Below, piece after piece: positions 38,372-49,824 of a DNA stretch of 64,000 bases. Position numbers and translations under genes: made by a program. The number at the start of each line of letters is the position of its first letter. The first letter of the stretch is position 1. Where the stretch lies: assembly GCA_047495785.1 (NCBI GenBank), contig JBLDXI010000074.1, forward strand, positions 930,001-994,000, in the 5' to 3' direction. The notes under the pieces were generated by a model. It was not told the DNA's origin. It saw only the letters and a program-made list of their open reading frames with translations, and did no database searches. The DNA comes from Lepidodermella squamata (taxonomy: Eukaryota; Animalia; Gastrotricha).

Positions 38372-38941
38372 TTAAGAAACAACAACGAGAGCACCACCGG
38401 TTTTGCGAACAATCCTGTACTTCGGACGCAGACAGACAGTTGCTTTGTGCCAGTGAGAGTAGCAGCACGAGTGGCCCGTCGGCTGGCAGTCGTGGTGGTG
38501 CAGGCAGCGGCGAGCGTTGCGGAAAGCCAACGGAACCGAGTGAGTCCTCTCGCCTTCGCCATCCACCTCAGCATCGGCCTCAGCTGCGTCATTGCCTTCT
38601 TCGCCCTCCTCGCCTTCTCCAGCCTCGCCAGCCATCGGCTTGCCCAACGGACGGCCGTTGCTGCACATAGGGCCGTCGATTTTGTCGTCGTAGCGCGGAC
38701 CGCCCAGCTTCTTGTCACGCTTCACCTCTTCGAGGATTTCGCGCCACAGGCGTTCGTCATTCGCGACCGGATCGACGATTTTGCCAGGTCGGTGGGTTGT
38801 AGTGCTCGAAGTTGTAGTCCAGTCGTGGCGATCGTCGTTGTCCCCGTCACCGAAATCGCCTTCCTCAGCTTCATCGGCCGTAATGCTGTAGGCCGTGCGG
38901 AGGGCGATTCCGAAAAGACTCAACAAAATGAAGAATTTCAT
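38372..38941 (-). CDS. Secreted Cys-rich prepro-protein, family B copy 1 (intronless)
   Basis: Signal peptide, acidic pro, Thr run, DGPMC, acidic spacer, then C-x5-C-x6-CC-x9-C and a basic tail. Confidence 0.85.
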   Translation of the reverse strand: MKFFILLSLFGIALRTAYSITADEAEEGDFGDGDNDDRHDWTTTSSTTTHRPGKIVDPVANDERLWREILEEVKRDKKLGGPRYDDKIDGPMCSNGRPLGKPMAGEAGEGEEGEEGNDAAEADAEVDGEGERTHSVPLAFRNARRCLHHHDCQPTGHSCCYSHWHKATVCLRPKYRIVRKTGGALVVVS

Positions 38942-39412
38942 TATAAAATGTTATTAGATTAAATTGTGTACGTTTGAATGATGATCAACATCGCAAATTC
39001 ACCGGTATTTAAGATGCCATAACACAAATGTTAGACCAAAGCCACCTGTGTGATAGACGGCGCACGATTTGCTGATATTTGTGTTTGATTTTCTTTAGAA
39101 GTGTGTTTCTCAGCTGGTGCTATTATTTCATTGCACTATTTCCCCAATCTTTACCCAACTAAATCGGCTCAGCTCTAAAACGATGTCCTTAGCAAAAAAA
39201 ATCGGCGCTATTGTTTGAGGTTTTTTAGAACCCACTATTTTTAGAATCGAAACTTCGCTCTGACGGTTCGGGAAGTTGCAACTTCACCGATATTTGAAAC
39301 GTTTGGGGGTTTAGAAGGAATAAAATCGTAGTTCGAAAAAACTCTGCAATGCTCGAGTTTACTGCTGTTGGGAATGATGATACAGAATAGAATTGTTTTA
39401 ACAGATCAACGA

Positions 39413-40062
39413 ATGTTCAACTCAATAAATGATACTGCGAGATCGATTTTGTTGTTTTGGTTCATCGTCACATCTCTTGCGGAACAGAATTTCGGCGAGA
39501 CTATCATAATCGAAGGCGAAACTTACGATGGTGGCGATGACTTTAAAGAAACAGAATCGGAAGATGGCAGTGAAACGCGATGGTTTTTCAGTCTCATGGG
39601 AGTAATTTTAGGTCAGACATCATATTCTCAAGTTGTGTTCAAATTTTCCTTTTTTCATTCTCTCAATCAGGACCTTTGTACAAATCGCTAAATACTGGAT
39701 TCGACAGGGTAAGCTACCGAGAGTTGGTCGGCGGCCCAATTTGCGAAAAAGGAACTCCTTACAAGCTGCTCAACAATGGGAAAATTGATCCAGCCACAAA
39801 GAATTCTCTGGCTGATTATGAGCATGAGTTCGAACAAGAAGGTGACGTCGATGATGATGCGGCTGATGACGACGTGCATAGCTTTGAGCGCAGAGCTACA
39901 TCAGTTGTAGCCTTACCACAGTGTAGGCGGAATCGTGACTGTTTGCTGCCGTATCGCGTCTGCTGTCCTCGCGTCAATGCAACAGGCTTCGAATGTCGAC
40001 AACCAAGAATCACCATAACTCGAACTCGCTTCGGTACATTAGTAAACCTTGCTCAAACCTGA
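39413..40062 (+). CDS. Secreted Cys-rich prepro-protein, family B copy 2; exons 39413-39611, 39671-40062
   Basis: Signal, acidic pro ending ETR, WFFSLMGVILG|PLYKSL, GGPIC, acidic spacer, RR, 5-Cys domain. Confidence 0.85.
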
Positions 40063-40645
40063 TCATCGCAATCTCTAGTATTTTGTTGTGCCCCAACTTT
40101 TTTTGAAAGTTATGCTTTGATCAACCAAATAAATTCTGACATTAACGCTGTTTGATACCTATGTTTATGGTAAATCACTCGAGTTTTGGCGGCTTTTTTA
40201 TTGAACCTTTTCAGCTGATCCATACAGGCTATTGCGATCTTGGAACTTGGAAATACAAGAGCCGGCGAAATATTCACTTTATGGATGGGGTTATGGTTCA
40301 CTGATCAAGTGAATTCCGGTACGCATTACAATGGCATAATCATGGCAGCGTTTGAATTCGGCTTTGAGTTGAGGTTATGAAGGCCTCTGATAAAGAGGAT
40401 AACTTGATCACCGTTATATTATTTCATTCATTTTCAAGCGGAAAAAACCGACCCGCCATTTTTTAATAAAATTCGATCAGGCTAATATAGGCACTGAAGC
40501 CTTATTCCGATTGACTTTGAATTTTAATTTTCGTACCCGATGATTCATAGTAGCCTTTCTCAGCTTCAATCGTGAATTATCCTGAAGATCGTAAAAATTA
40601 GGACTCTCCTTTTAGTCAGGCTAGTTTAGTTCAACAGTTTAGTTC

Positions 40646-41405
40646 ATAGACATAATATCAGTATAGACTGAATACTCACGAGAAAAGGGCGCCAGATGGT
40701 CAGCTAATTCACCAGAGGCTTGGAGGCCAAGTAAACAAAATATTCGATTCATTTTTTGTTGGTTCCGATCACAGTTTGAAAATTTTCCACCTCTAATTCA
40801 ATCGAAATTGAAGCAGTTCTTCAGTGATCCGTGTAGACCAGATCGAGCTCTACAATTCGATACTTGGAGCGATCTTGGATGAATTTTTATCGATTTTCTG
40901 GACATTTTCGAAAATCGAACGTGTATTCATCTATTATAAAAACCTGGACTTGGTGGAGGATTCAATTCAGAAACTTTCTTGACAGCACGTGCGCCGCATG
41001 CACATGTTGTGGTTGGAGTATCGAATTGTAGAGCTCGATCTAGTCTACACGGATCACTGAAGAACTGCTACAATTTCGATTGATTTAGAGGTGTAAATAT
41101 ATTTTTATTGCATCAGCGAATTTCAATTTATTCAATTTGAGTGGTTCATATTGCTCCTAAAATTTTGGAAAATAACCAGCGTGTTTATTGTGATGTCACC
41201 TATTTGGAACCAACAACACAAATTGGAAATTTTTTAAAACGTGATCGGAACCAACAAAAAAAGAATCGAATATTTTGTTTACTTGGCCTCCAAGCCTCTG
41301 ATGAATCAGCTGACCATCTGGCGCCAATGGCGTACACCCTTTTTCACGCGAGTGGGCGATCTCTACTGAATTATATCTATGGTCTATACTGATATTATGT
41401 CTATG
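40646..41405. mobile_element. Foldback MITE with CATAG termini (P-superfamily-like), 760 bp
   Basis: catagacataatatcagtatagac...gtctatactgatattatgtctatg, >200 bp of inverted homology; 8-bp TSD ttttagtt/gtttagtt. Confidence 0.85.
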
Positions 41406-41548
41406 GTTTAGTTCAACAGTTTAGTTCAACAGGCACGACTCCATCTGTCGCTTCAGTACACCTGTGACCACGAGGCCAGGCGAAATTAGAACACAAGAAT
41501 CAAAGGCAACTCATTTCGTTTCCTGTTTGCAGTTACAAATTCAACAAA

Positions 41549-42331
41549 ATGTTGTTGAGTGTTTTTGCGTCGCGTTGTGTTGCGATTTTTGCGCTGTTCA
41601 CCGCAGCATCGGCCAGTAATTGGAACACAACTGAAGAAGATGACGGCGATCGACTGGTGAACGCCATTTTCGCAGTTCTATCGATCGGCCAGATGGCTTA
41701 CGACCTGATAGCTGGAGCTGGTGGTAAAGTTTCGAATGAAGCTAGGAAGTGCACGAGCACGGTTTTAGCAGCGCCTTACACGATAACCGAAGAAAAAGGC
41801 AAGAAAGTCTGCCCTCCACGTCAGCCCTCATCAATGTGCCGAACCTCGCCGAGCAAAAAATTCTTCACTTACAACTTTCAAATGTGCACGTACAACAACA
41901 ACGGCGATGTGAATCGAAACACGATGCAGGTTAAGGCTGAGCAGGGTAAAAAGGAAGATTTCTACCTGGCCCAGGACAACTTGGAGACGAAGAAAGGCAC
42001 CCTCCAGCGCATTGTTTGGGAATTCACGGGCCTTCATTGCGTTAACTATTTATCGGTGAGTTGCGGCGAACAGGTTCTGGGAACAGCTGGAGCTCGCGCC
42101 GTTAATTTCGTCATCGGCGCTAAAGAGCTGCGCGGACTGTATAGCAAAGGCAAGCTCTCCGGTATCACGACCTGCGGCCCGAATAAAGCTGGGATTCAGG
42201 CTGGCGGTAAAGTTTCGATGACGATCAAAGATCAGGCGTTCTTGAGGTGCAAAGAAGACGAAAAGGAGTGCATCAAACGTTATGTTTCCATCTCGACCTC
42301 GTGGTCTGGCTGCAACAACGGCAGGCAGTAA
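41549..42331 (+). CDS. Secreted 260-aa orphan protein (signal, acidic pro, amphipathic helix, 10-Cys basic domain)
   Basis: Intronless ORF with coding-like codon usage; EEDDGDR then LVNAIFAVLSIGQMAYDLI; AATAAA at ~42390. Confidence 0.85.
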   Translation: MLLSVFASRCVAIFALFTAASASNWNTTEEDDGDRLVNAIFAVLSIGQMAYDLIAGAGGKVSNEARKCTSTVLAAPYTITEEKGKKVCPPRQPSSMCRTSPSKKFFTYNFQMCTYNNNGDVNRNTMQVKAEQGKKEDFYLAQDNLETKKGTLQRIVWEFTGLHCVNYLSVSCGEQVLGTAGARAVNFVIGAKELRGLYSKGKLSGITTCGPNKAGIQAGGKVSMTIKDQAFLRCKEDEKECIKRYVSISTSWSGCNNGRQ

Positions 42332-42904
42332 AATTACATTTTTTGAGAAAATTCGTTTCTGTACCGCGTTTGACAAGCATTATGATTGAAATAAAATGAA
42401 ATTTCGCTTGGGCTCATTTGTTTCTTCAATTTGAAGGTAATCCGGAAGAATCTTTAGCCGTGAGTTTAGTTTTGCTCACACCTTAACCATTGCATTAATT
42501 CCTAGCTTAGCGCTGAAGTTCCTGAAGTTCCCTCTTGGGTTCAACGAGCTTTGGGAAATCGTAAGGAAGCGCAGCTGAGTGGAGATGACCAAATCGAGTG
42601 CGGAGAATCCAGATGTAAATGAATTACGAGTGCTATATCAATAAATATCGCATGGGCACATCTACCAACAGTATATTTTTCAAGCGAATGCTATATTTGT
42701 ATGATATAACATGAGTAGGAATCTATATTTGAGTGAAGCACGAAATATAGATCGAGTAAAACGAATGAAACGAGTGAAATCGAGGCGGAACGAGTCGGTA
42801 GGCGAGTGGAGACGAGATTTCACGAGGTGAATGAGTTTTACGAGATCTATACAAGTGCTTCACGAAAATATAGGTTTCTACGAATGTTGTATCGTAAAAT
42901 ATTA

Positions 42905-43698
42905 CACGGTGTCTATATTTTTCGCAACGCAAAATAATAAATAATAAAAAATCCAACTTAAAATTTCATTGAAAAATGGCTTTCTATTCATTCTCGCTCA
43001 TTTTTCTCATTTGTTCGAATTTCGTCTCGTTTTGAAATCGGCAAAGCGATTGGCAAAGCTGCCGCAATTGAAGCCGAATGGTTCGATAAACCATCAACCC
43101 TGAAACCTGGTTCCTTCGAAATCAACGTTCGCGAAAACCATGCGCCTTTACAATCCGAAGAAACTGGTTCGATTTGAACGACACGTTTGGTGGCGATGAA
43201 AGGTCGACAGCAGTCCGTCGGAATTTCATCTCTGGTTGTTGAAAATGGCTCAGTTTCGGACTAGCGCGTCGCAACGGTGCTTGGTGTTTGGTACGTCGAT
43301 GTTTTCAATGCGATCGAATCGGAACTGTCGATGGCAGAGTGCTCCAAGTTCAATCAAGTTTCAAGGTGGTGATTTCTGCGAATTGGGTCAAAATGCTGTC
43401 CGATTTTCTGGATTTTCTGCTCAGTGTTCCCGGCGCGTTCTATTGATCTAAGGAGACGACTTGCTGACCGTACCTGTTCGATAATGTTCTAAGCGATCCG
43501 GCCCACGAATCGCTGCAAATTCATGCACAGCGGGAACGAAATGCTGCCCGATTTTCCGGAGTTTTCTGAGAAATTCTGGTTCCTACGGCCAATTTTTGCA
43601 GCCCGCCTGCCAAGCTGTCCCCGTCTAAATTATTCTCAAAATTGATTTTCTCCATTTTCTTTCGTAATAAATTGCGTTGCGAAAACTATACCTCTGTG
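42905..43698. mobile_element. Possible old TIR element with CAC termini
   Basis: cacggtgtctatatttttcgcaacgcaa versus ttgcgttgcgaaaactatacctctgtg (imperfect inverted match); no TSD. Confidence 0.4.
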
Positions 43699-43962
43699 TT
43701 TTTCCGTTAGAATTAGCTGTTTCAAGACCTCGGAAGTATTGGGCTTGGAAATGGGCATCTATATTCAAAATATAGATTATCCAGCTCAAAAATATAGATA
43801 CACCTGAATCTATATTTCAGATATAGATCAGAAATATAGCTCATATTCAAATCTATATTTGAAGTATGAAAAAATATAGATTTGTGTTTCAAGGTTAAAA
43901 ATATAGACATACCCTAGACTTTGATAAATGAAAATTACACTTTGATAAAACTAGCTTTAAAA

Positions 43963-44074
43963 AGGGGCACCTCGGCCCCCTGGTGAAAACCTAGCTGGCA
44001 GCTTTTCGAAGACCTTGTGAAAGGCCTCCCAAAAAGCTACCAGCCAGCTTTCCCCAGGGGGCCGAGGTGCCCCT
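43963..44074. mobile_element. Palindromic MITE (~112 bp)
   Basis: aggggcacctcggccccctgg ... ccagggggccgaggtgcccct with further internal pairing. Confidence 0.7.
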
Positions 44075-44774
44075 CCAAAAAACTAGCTTCATCGCAGTAA
44101 ACTACGGGAGAGAAAAACGGGCAGAATAACCAACTAGAAATGATGCTTTATCGTCGAAAAATGCAGCCACCACGTTTTTTAGTAAAATGCGGCAAAGAAA
44201 TAACTTTGATTTGCATATGCGCGACAGTTTTTATTGCGAAAAACCATCATCAGCATTGCAGCTGAATTAGCGCTACGAGATCGCTCCCAGCTCGTGTTGC
44301 TAGTTTTTTTTGTGTCGATTCGCACGCGCGCATGGTTTTTTGCACTCACAAACAAGTGTGCATACGCAAATCATTGACCAGGAAGTAACGTAACCCATCG
44401 TAGCATGGGACCTTAATCAAAAAGTATCTCTTAAACTTTGGTAATTTCGAAAACTCTCCCCGTACTAACGAATTGGAGTTTTCTCCAATTCGTTAGTTTT
44501 CCCCGACTTTAAGTGCTGCCAAATTTCGTTTTTAGTGATTATTTCCTTTTTAAAGTCACTTTAAATTCACTTTACATTCAGGAAAAAATTAGTATACTAA
44601 ACTTTTTTTTCCAGTTTTCCCGATCCGAGAATTTGGGCTCAAAGTCCAAATTTTGCCTTGTAATATTTTCCGAATCAAAAACTTTTTCCTTGAAATTTTC
44701 TTTTCTTTTCGACCTTGCGGTTCGGAATTAAATCTAAAATTTTATTGGCCCATCCTTTCTTCTCTTCTTTCTCC

Positions 44775-46853
44775 ATGATCACCGTTTCTAAAACGGCTGA
44801 TCTTCTTATGCGTTTCGACGGTGAAGGCGAAATGCCTGAGCCTACTAACAGTGTGTCGCCCACTGCCCCGTCCGCAACGCCGCAGCTTGCCGAGTTCCTG
44901 ATCCAGGCTGGTCCTCAGCCTAGTACTAGTGTCCCCAAAAAAAGTAAGGGTGCAAGCGCTATGAAGTTAGGCTCGCAGGTTGACTCGACGTCCCTGTTAA
45001 CAAAGAGCGGGAATGGTTCAAGTTTAGGGGTTTCAAGCGCTTCTCAGTTAGACTCGAGAGTTGACTCGATGTCCTCTGCGACTGGGCGCGGTTCAAGCTT
45101 TAAGGGGCCCTCTTCCACCACAGGTGAAGTTGTTAAACGTAAGTCTGACAGCTCACCTGAAAGTAAGATACGCAAGGTAGCCTCAACAGTGAGGTTATCT
45201 GATTCTTCCAACGAGGAGTCCGCTGCTGTCGACGAGAACCAGGAGATGGAAGCCGAAGACCAAGAAGAAGGCGAGTACGTCGACCCAATCGGTGACCTAA
45301 GCGACAGCGACCCCGATACCGACGGCGACGATGACGAGGATGACGATGAAGACGAAGATGGCGAAATGGAGTGGACAACTATCAACGAAAACTCGAAGTC
45401 CAAGTTCCGTATCGTGATAGTCGACGGAATATCGCCGATTTTCTCGACCATCTACATGTGCCTAAGAGAACTGAACCGCGTGGCCCCAGACGTGAAACAT
45501 GTTCGTGTCTGGGTGTATCCCCGTGGCGCTTTTGGCATGCTCTGCAAGGATTTAGCCAGCGTCAACGCCGTCTTGAGCAAGGCCAACTGGCCTGAGAACG
45601 CCTTTGGCGGGAGAGCCCGACCACACAGGCCATCCAAGGTAGAGATTGATGAGGCACCAGGTGCCAAAGCGGTGTTGGAAGCGCAAGTCCCAACCGGCGA
45701 GCAAGCGGCGCGCATGGAAGCTCGAGCCAAGCATTTGGACGAAGACCGGCGTAAAGCCGTGTGTGTCAACTTCTTCGACGGGGCCTCTGTTGACGACATC
45801 CTCGACGGTTGGGAAGACGTCGTAGATCAGGTCTGGCCTATTAAAGGCACTACGACGTGCTTCGGGGTCCTCTGCAAATCGGTGCGTCTCTGTGAGGAAC
45901 TCGTGGCCAGAGGGCGCGACTTTCTTGGCCTCCGCATAGCCGCTAGGGTGTGGCGATCCGACCCAGAGGTAGAGATATGCGGCAGGTGTCTCAACATCGG
46001 CCATCTCACTGGGAACTGTCGAGCAGCTCTCCGGTGTGCTACCTGTGGGCAAGAAGGCCACGACAGCAGTAGTTGCAGGCAACAGGCGAAGAGGTGTGCA
46101 AGGTGTGATGGAAGTCATTCCGGCTTCTACAGAGGTTGCCGTATCGTTAAGAACGAGGCTGAGCGTCGCCGCAAAGCCGATGAAGCCGAAGCCAGAGCCA
46201 TCCGGAACCGAAGTGCCGGTGACGCCACCCTCCGAAATGGCATGTCATTCGCAGGAGCGACCGGAGGAAGACCAGTACCGCCACCAGTACCGCCACCAGC
46301 ACCACCAGGTTTCGAAGGATCTCAGCCCAACCCAGGGCTAGCAACTCGCAACATTCAGCCGAACGACTCGCTATCAACAGCTGAGCGATCTGAACTAACA
46401 GCCTTGCGCTTCAGCGTAGCCGCACAGGCGGCTGAAATTGACCGATTGAACAACTCCGTCGAGCGCCTCACTGCCGCACTAGAGAGGCTGATGAATCAAG
46501 GTCTGCCAGCGCCACCAGTAGCCGCAGCACAGCCTTTTCAGACACAAGAGATGGAGGATAGGCTGTTCAATAGGATTATGGACGCCTTCAACCGGGCCAA
46601 GATCGCAGGTGATATGCGGGCCCAAGCGTTCCCACAGCATATCATTGCTCGCCCAGCCATGATGGCTTCGCCGAACATGGCCGTCCAATCTCCTTCGCAC
46701 TACAGCGTCGAAAATCAAACTTCACCACCCTTTCAATGGGACGCTGGTCAGCTTGGTCAACCCATGGTGATCCAGTCGCAGTTCAGCCAACAGCCTACTT
46801 TCGTTCAGCGACCATTCTCTGGAGTGCCCCTTCAATACTCCAATAATGCCTAG
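44775..46853 (+). CDS. LINE ORF1 (gag-like, three CCHC knuckles), copy 1
   Basis: CGRCLNIGHLTGNC, CATCGQEGHDSSSC, CARCDGSHSGFYRGC; first in-frame ATG at 44775. Confidence 0.92.
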   Translation: MITVSKTADLLMRFDGEGEMPEPTNSVSPTAPSATPQLAEFLIQAGPQPSTSVPKKSKGASAMKLGSQVDSTSLLTKSGNGSSLGVSSASQLDSRVDSMSSATGRGSSFKGPSSTTGEVVKRKSDSSPESKIRKVASTVRLSDSSNEESAAVDENQEMEAEDQEEGEYVDPIGDLSDSDPDTDGDDDEDDDEDEDGEMEWTTINENSKSKFRIVIVDGISPIFSTIYMCLRELNRVAPDVKHVRVWVYPRGAFGMLCKDLASVNAVLSKANWPENAFGGRARPHRPSKVEIDEAPGAKAVLEAQVPTGEQAARMEARAKHLDEDRRKAVCVNFFDGASVDDILDGWEDVVDQVWPIKGTTTCFGVLCKSVRLCEELVARGRDFLGLRIAARVWRSDPEVEICGRCLNIGHLTGNCRAALRCATCGQEGHDSSSCRQQAKRCARCDGSHSGFYRGCRIVKNEAERRRKADEAEARAIRNRSAGDATLRNGMSFAGATGGRPVPPPVPPPAPPGFEGSQPNPGLATRNIQPNDSLSTAERSELTALRFSVAAQAAEIDRLNNSVERLTAALERLMNQGLPAPPVAAAQPFQTQEMEDRLFNRIMDAFNRAKIAGDMRAQAFPQHIIARPAMMASPNMAVQSPSHYSVENQTSPPFQWDAGQLGQPMVIQSQFSQQPTFVQRPFSGVPLQYSNNA

Positions 46854-49824
46854 TCTTAGTACACTTAGAAAAAGTAGAATCATCGTAATCCAGTGGAATT
46901 GCCAGGGCATCAAGGCGAAAAGAGCTGAACTTCTCCACATTATAGAGCAATATGGGCCTAATGTCATCCTGTTAAACGAGACATGGCTAAAGTTCGGCGA
47001 GAAATTCGACCTCCCTGGCTACACTGCTTTCCGCGTAGATAGATTAGGTGCGTCCGGGCTAAACTGTGGCGGCGTCGCAATCTTCATTAGTCAATCAAAG
47101 CCAATACTAGATTGTGCCGAAGTAAAGTTTGCGCCAGCCTCTAGAGGCGAGTGGCTTGCAGTTGAGCTGCTAGTAGGCGAAGTCAACGTCTCAACGAGAA
47201 TTACGATTGCCACAGGGTACAATCCTTCAAATAGCCCATTAGACACATCTTTCATTAGAGAGGTCTTGAGTGATCCGTCTACAAACTCGATCTTCGCTGG
47301 CGACTTGAACGCCTGGGCGGAGGAGCTAGGTTGCGCGGAATGGAACGTTCAGCGAACGGGAAGTGGCGGGCTCTTTTCGGAGTTCCTAAAAACCTCCCCT
47401 GTGGTATTGCATAGCTCACCAACTGCTCCCACGCGGTTCAGGGAAGGTCACGTGTCGCGAGTCTTAGATGTGTGGCTAAGTTCACTGGCTGGTGATAAGT
47501 GTTTCAACCGTGCGCCTGCTGTTCTAGATTGCTATCGAAGCGATCATGCCGTCACTATCGCGGGCCTCACACTCGTGCTCCCGGAGCGGAACTCCTGTTC
47601 ACCGTTGGCCAATGCCTCGGTGCCGGCAGCCGCTCGGGACGTTCGTTTCGATTTTTTGAACGCCGACTGGCCTGAATACCAGAGAGTATGCGCGGAGAAG
47701 ATAGCGCCAGTCGTTCGCCCAAAAGGCGGGGACTCGGTCAGGGCGCTGGACGTCTTCGCCGCAAGTATCTCCGAGGTAATAATGAGTAGCGCGAAAACCA
47801 CGCTAACTCGTGTGCCGGTGGCTAAATTGCCTAAGGTACGTCTAAGCCACGCTGTAAAGCGGGCTATCGAGGCAAGGAATCGGTGTGACAGGAAAAATCG
47901 GAACGAACGCTCTGCTGCGTCTAAAGCGGCTTTAAATGCTGCGACACGGCAGGTGGCGCGAGAGGTCGCGTTAGAGGCGGATAAAAAATGTCGGCGACGG
48001 TTGAACCACATAGCACAGCTTTTTCAGGCGCAGCAAGCTGCCCTGGCGTGGCAACACGCACAGCGTATTTTGGGGGAATCGAAAGGCTCGCAACGCGTGA
48101 TCCCCACCCTTGAATTAGCGAACGGGAAGAAGGTGACTGCAGACCCAGAGAAGGCGAGGGTTTTTGCTGAAAATTGGGCGCCGACGTTCCAGGCCGCGCC
48201 TCGTAGCTCACCGCACCAGGCGGACCAAGAATTTTGGGACTCGATCGACCAAGCATGCGAGGTAGACGAAGAGCTCAACGCCTCTCTAACAATACCAGAT
48301 AAGTTAGAGGTCATGATTTCTAGGAACGCCTTCAACTCCCAGCTTGCCCGGTTGAAGCTTAAAGCTCCTGGGGAAGATGGGATCCTCAACCCGTTGATTA
48401 AGAACGCCCCACCACCTCTCCTAGAGGCTATCCTTCTCCTGTTTAATTTATCTTTGAACGCCGGCTATCTGCCAGCTGCTTGGAAAATTGGAATTGTGGT
48501 ACCGGTGCCCAAGGCGGGGAAATCCCCACGGTCCCTGGATGGGTATAGGCCAGTTTCCTTAACCAGCTGCATGGCAAAGCTTCTGGAGGCCGTCGTGGCT
48601 GGGTTCATTCTCGAGTTCTGCTTGCGGAACAAGATTTTGACGCCGAGCCAAGTCGGGTTCCAGAAGTGGCTGTCAGTTTTGGATGCCATCCTCAGGCTTA
48701 TGCACGACATCACAGACGGTTTCGTGCATAAGGATGAGTTGGGCAGACCCGATAAATTAACTACAGTTGTGGCGTTCCTAGACTATAAGGCAGCTTTTGA
48801 TTCCATATGGCACAACGGTTTACGCATGGTCTTAAAAGGCCTTGGCCTACCCGTGGCCGTTGTGCGATGGATCTCAGATTTTTTACGCGACAGGCGTATG
48901 CGAGTCAGAGTAGGTGATAGCTGTAGTGAGGATGTCGAAGTAGCTTGCGGAGTCCCTCAGGGATCACCATTATCCCCGATACTCTTCATCATCTACACAT
49001 CTTCGTCCCTCCCAGCGGAGGTAGACAAGGACGACGCCCTCAAGAGAACTGCCGCGGCGGCATACGCCGACGACCAGGCTGTGTGGGCTACTGGGCGACC
49101 GGCCCCACTCGCAACTGCTCGTGTCCAAGCGGCACTTCGGGTCACAGAACGCTGGTCTCAGCGCTGGAGACTTGACCTGAACCCGAGGAAGTGCGAGTGG
49201 GTCGCATTCGGCGCCAACGTCAACCACACAGCTGGTCAACTCCAGTTGGGAGGCATCTGCCTGCCTAGAGTGCAACAGTTCAAGTACCTAGGTGTTTGGC
49301 TGTCCAAGCACTTGTGCTGGACGCCGCACTTAGAGCACGTCAGCGCACGAGCCCTTCCTCGTATTTTCGCCCTTTTTCGTGGCAGGGTAAAGACTCACCC
49401 CACCTTGGGTCTCCTGTTCTACAAGAGCGTCATCCGGCCGCTGTTGGAATTCGGTGCCCCGGCGTTCGCCAACTCGAAGCCACAGTTCATCGAAAAACTG
49501 GCGGTCTTAGAACGGCGGGCCCTTAAGATCATCTTGGGTCTCCCACGCCGGTGCCCGAATGAGATCTATCAGCGGCGGTTGAAGGCCACTTTTCCGGAGT
49601 TCCAGCTGATCGAAGAACGTTTGTCCACCCTATCGTTCAACTGCTTCAACAGGGCGCTTGAAGCAGGTAGCGTGCTAGGCGAAATAGTTCGTCAGAGTCG
49701 CGATAGGCCCGTGCCGGAGAGTATATCCCCAGTGCGTTTCTTTCTTGACCATCTATTGGGAGCTGGGCCTCTACCTTCGGTTAGATCGTCCTTTGATCGA
49801 CTTCCAGCGATCCTAGCAGTTTAG
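46846..49824 (+). CDS. LINE ORF2 (AP endonuclease + reverse transcriptase), copy 1
   Basis: QWNCQG, LNETW, GDLNA, SDH; YRPVSLTS, FLDYKAAFD, GVPQGSPLSP, YADD, KYLGV. No RNase H recognised. Confidence 0.97.
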   Translation: MPSLSTLRKSRIIVIQWNCQGIKAKRAELLHIIEQYGPNVILLNETWLKFGEKFDLPGYTAFRVDRLGASGLNCGGVAIFISQSKPILDCAEVKFAPASRGEWLAVELLVGEVNVSTRITIATGYNPSNSPLDTSFIREVLSDPSTNSIFAGDLNAWAEELGCAEWNVQRTGSGGLFSEFLKTSPVVLHSSPTAPTRFREGHVSRVLDVWLSSLAGDKCFNRAPAVLDCYRSDHAVTIAGLTLVLPERNSCSPLANASVPAAARDVRFDFLNADWPEYQRVCAEKIAPVVRPKGGDSVRALDVFAASISEVIMSSAKTTLTRVPVAKLPKVRLSHAVKRAIEARNRCDRKNRNERSAASKAALNAATRQVAREVALEADKKCRRRLNHIAQLFQAQQAALAWQHAQRILGESKGSQRVIPTLELANGKKVTADPEKARVFAENWAPTFQAAPRSSPHQADQEFWDSIDQACEVDEELNASLTIPDKLEVMISRNAFNSQLARLKLKAPGEDGILNPLIKNAPPPLLEAILLLFNLSLNAGYLPAAWKIGIVVPVPKAGKSPRSLDGYRPVSLTSCMAKLLEAVVAGFILEFCLRNKILTPSQVGFQKWLSVLDAILRLMHDITDGFVHKDELGRPDKLTTVVAFLDYKAAFDSIWHNGLRMVLKGLGLPVAVVRWISDFLRDRRMRVRVGDSCSEDVEVACGVPQGSPLSPILFIIYTSSSLPAEVDKDDALKRTAAAAYADDQAVWATGRPAPLATARVQAALRVTERWSQRWRLDLNPRKCEWVAFGANVNHTAGQLQLGGICLPRVQQFKYLGVWLSKHLCWTPHLEHVSARALPRIFALFRGRVKTHPTLGLLFYKSVIRPLLEFGAPAFANSKPQFIEKLAVLERRALKIILGLPRRCPNEIYQRRLKATFPEFQLIEERLSTLSFNCFNRALEAGSVLGEIVRQSRDRPVPESISPVRFFLDHLLGAGPLPSVRSSFDRLPAILAV

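Noticed and set aside
38239-38962. Overlapping 159-aa and 171-aa ORFs
   Set aside because: Shadows of the family B gene; only the 189-aa minus frame has a signal peptide and paralogs.
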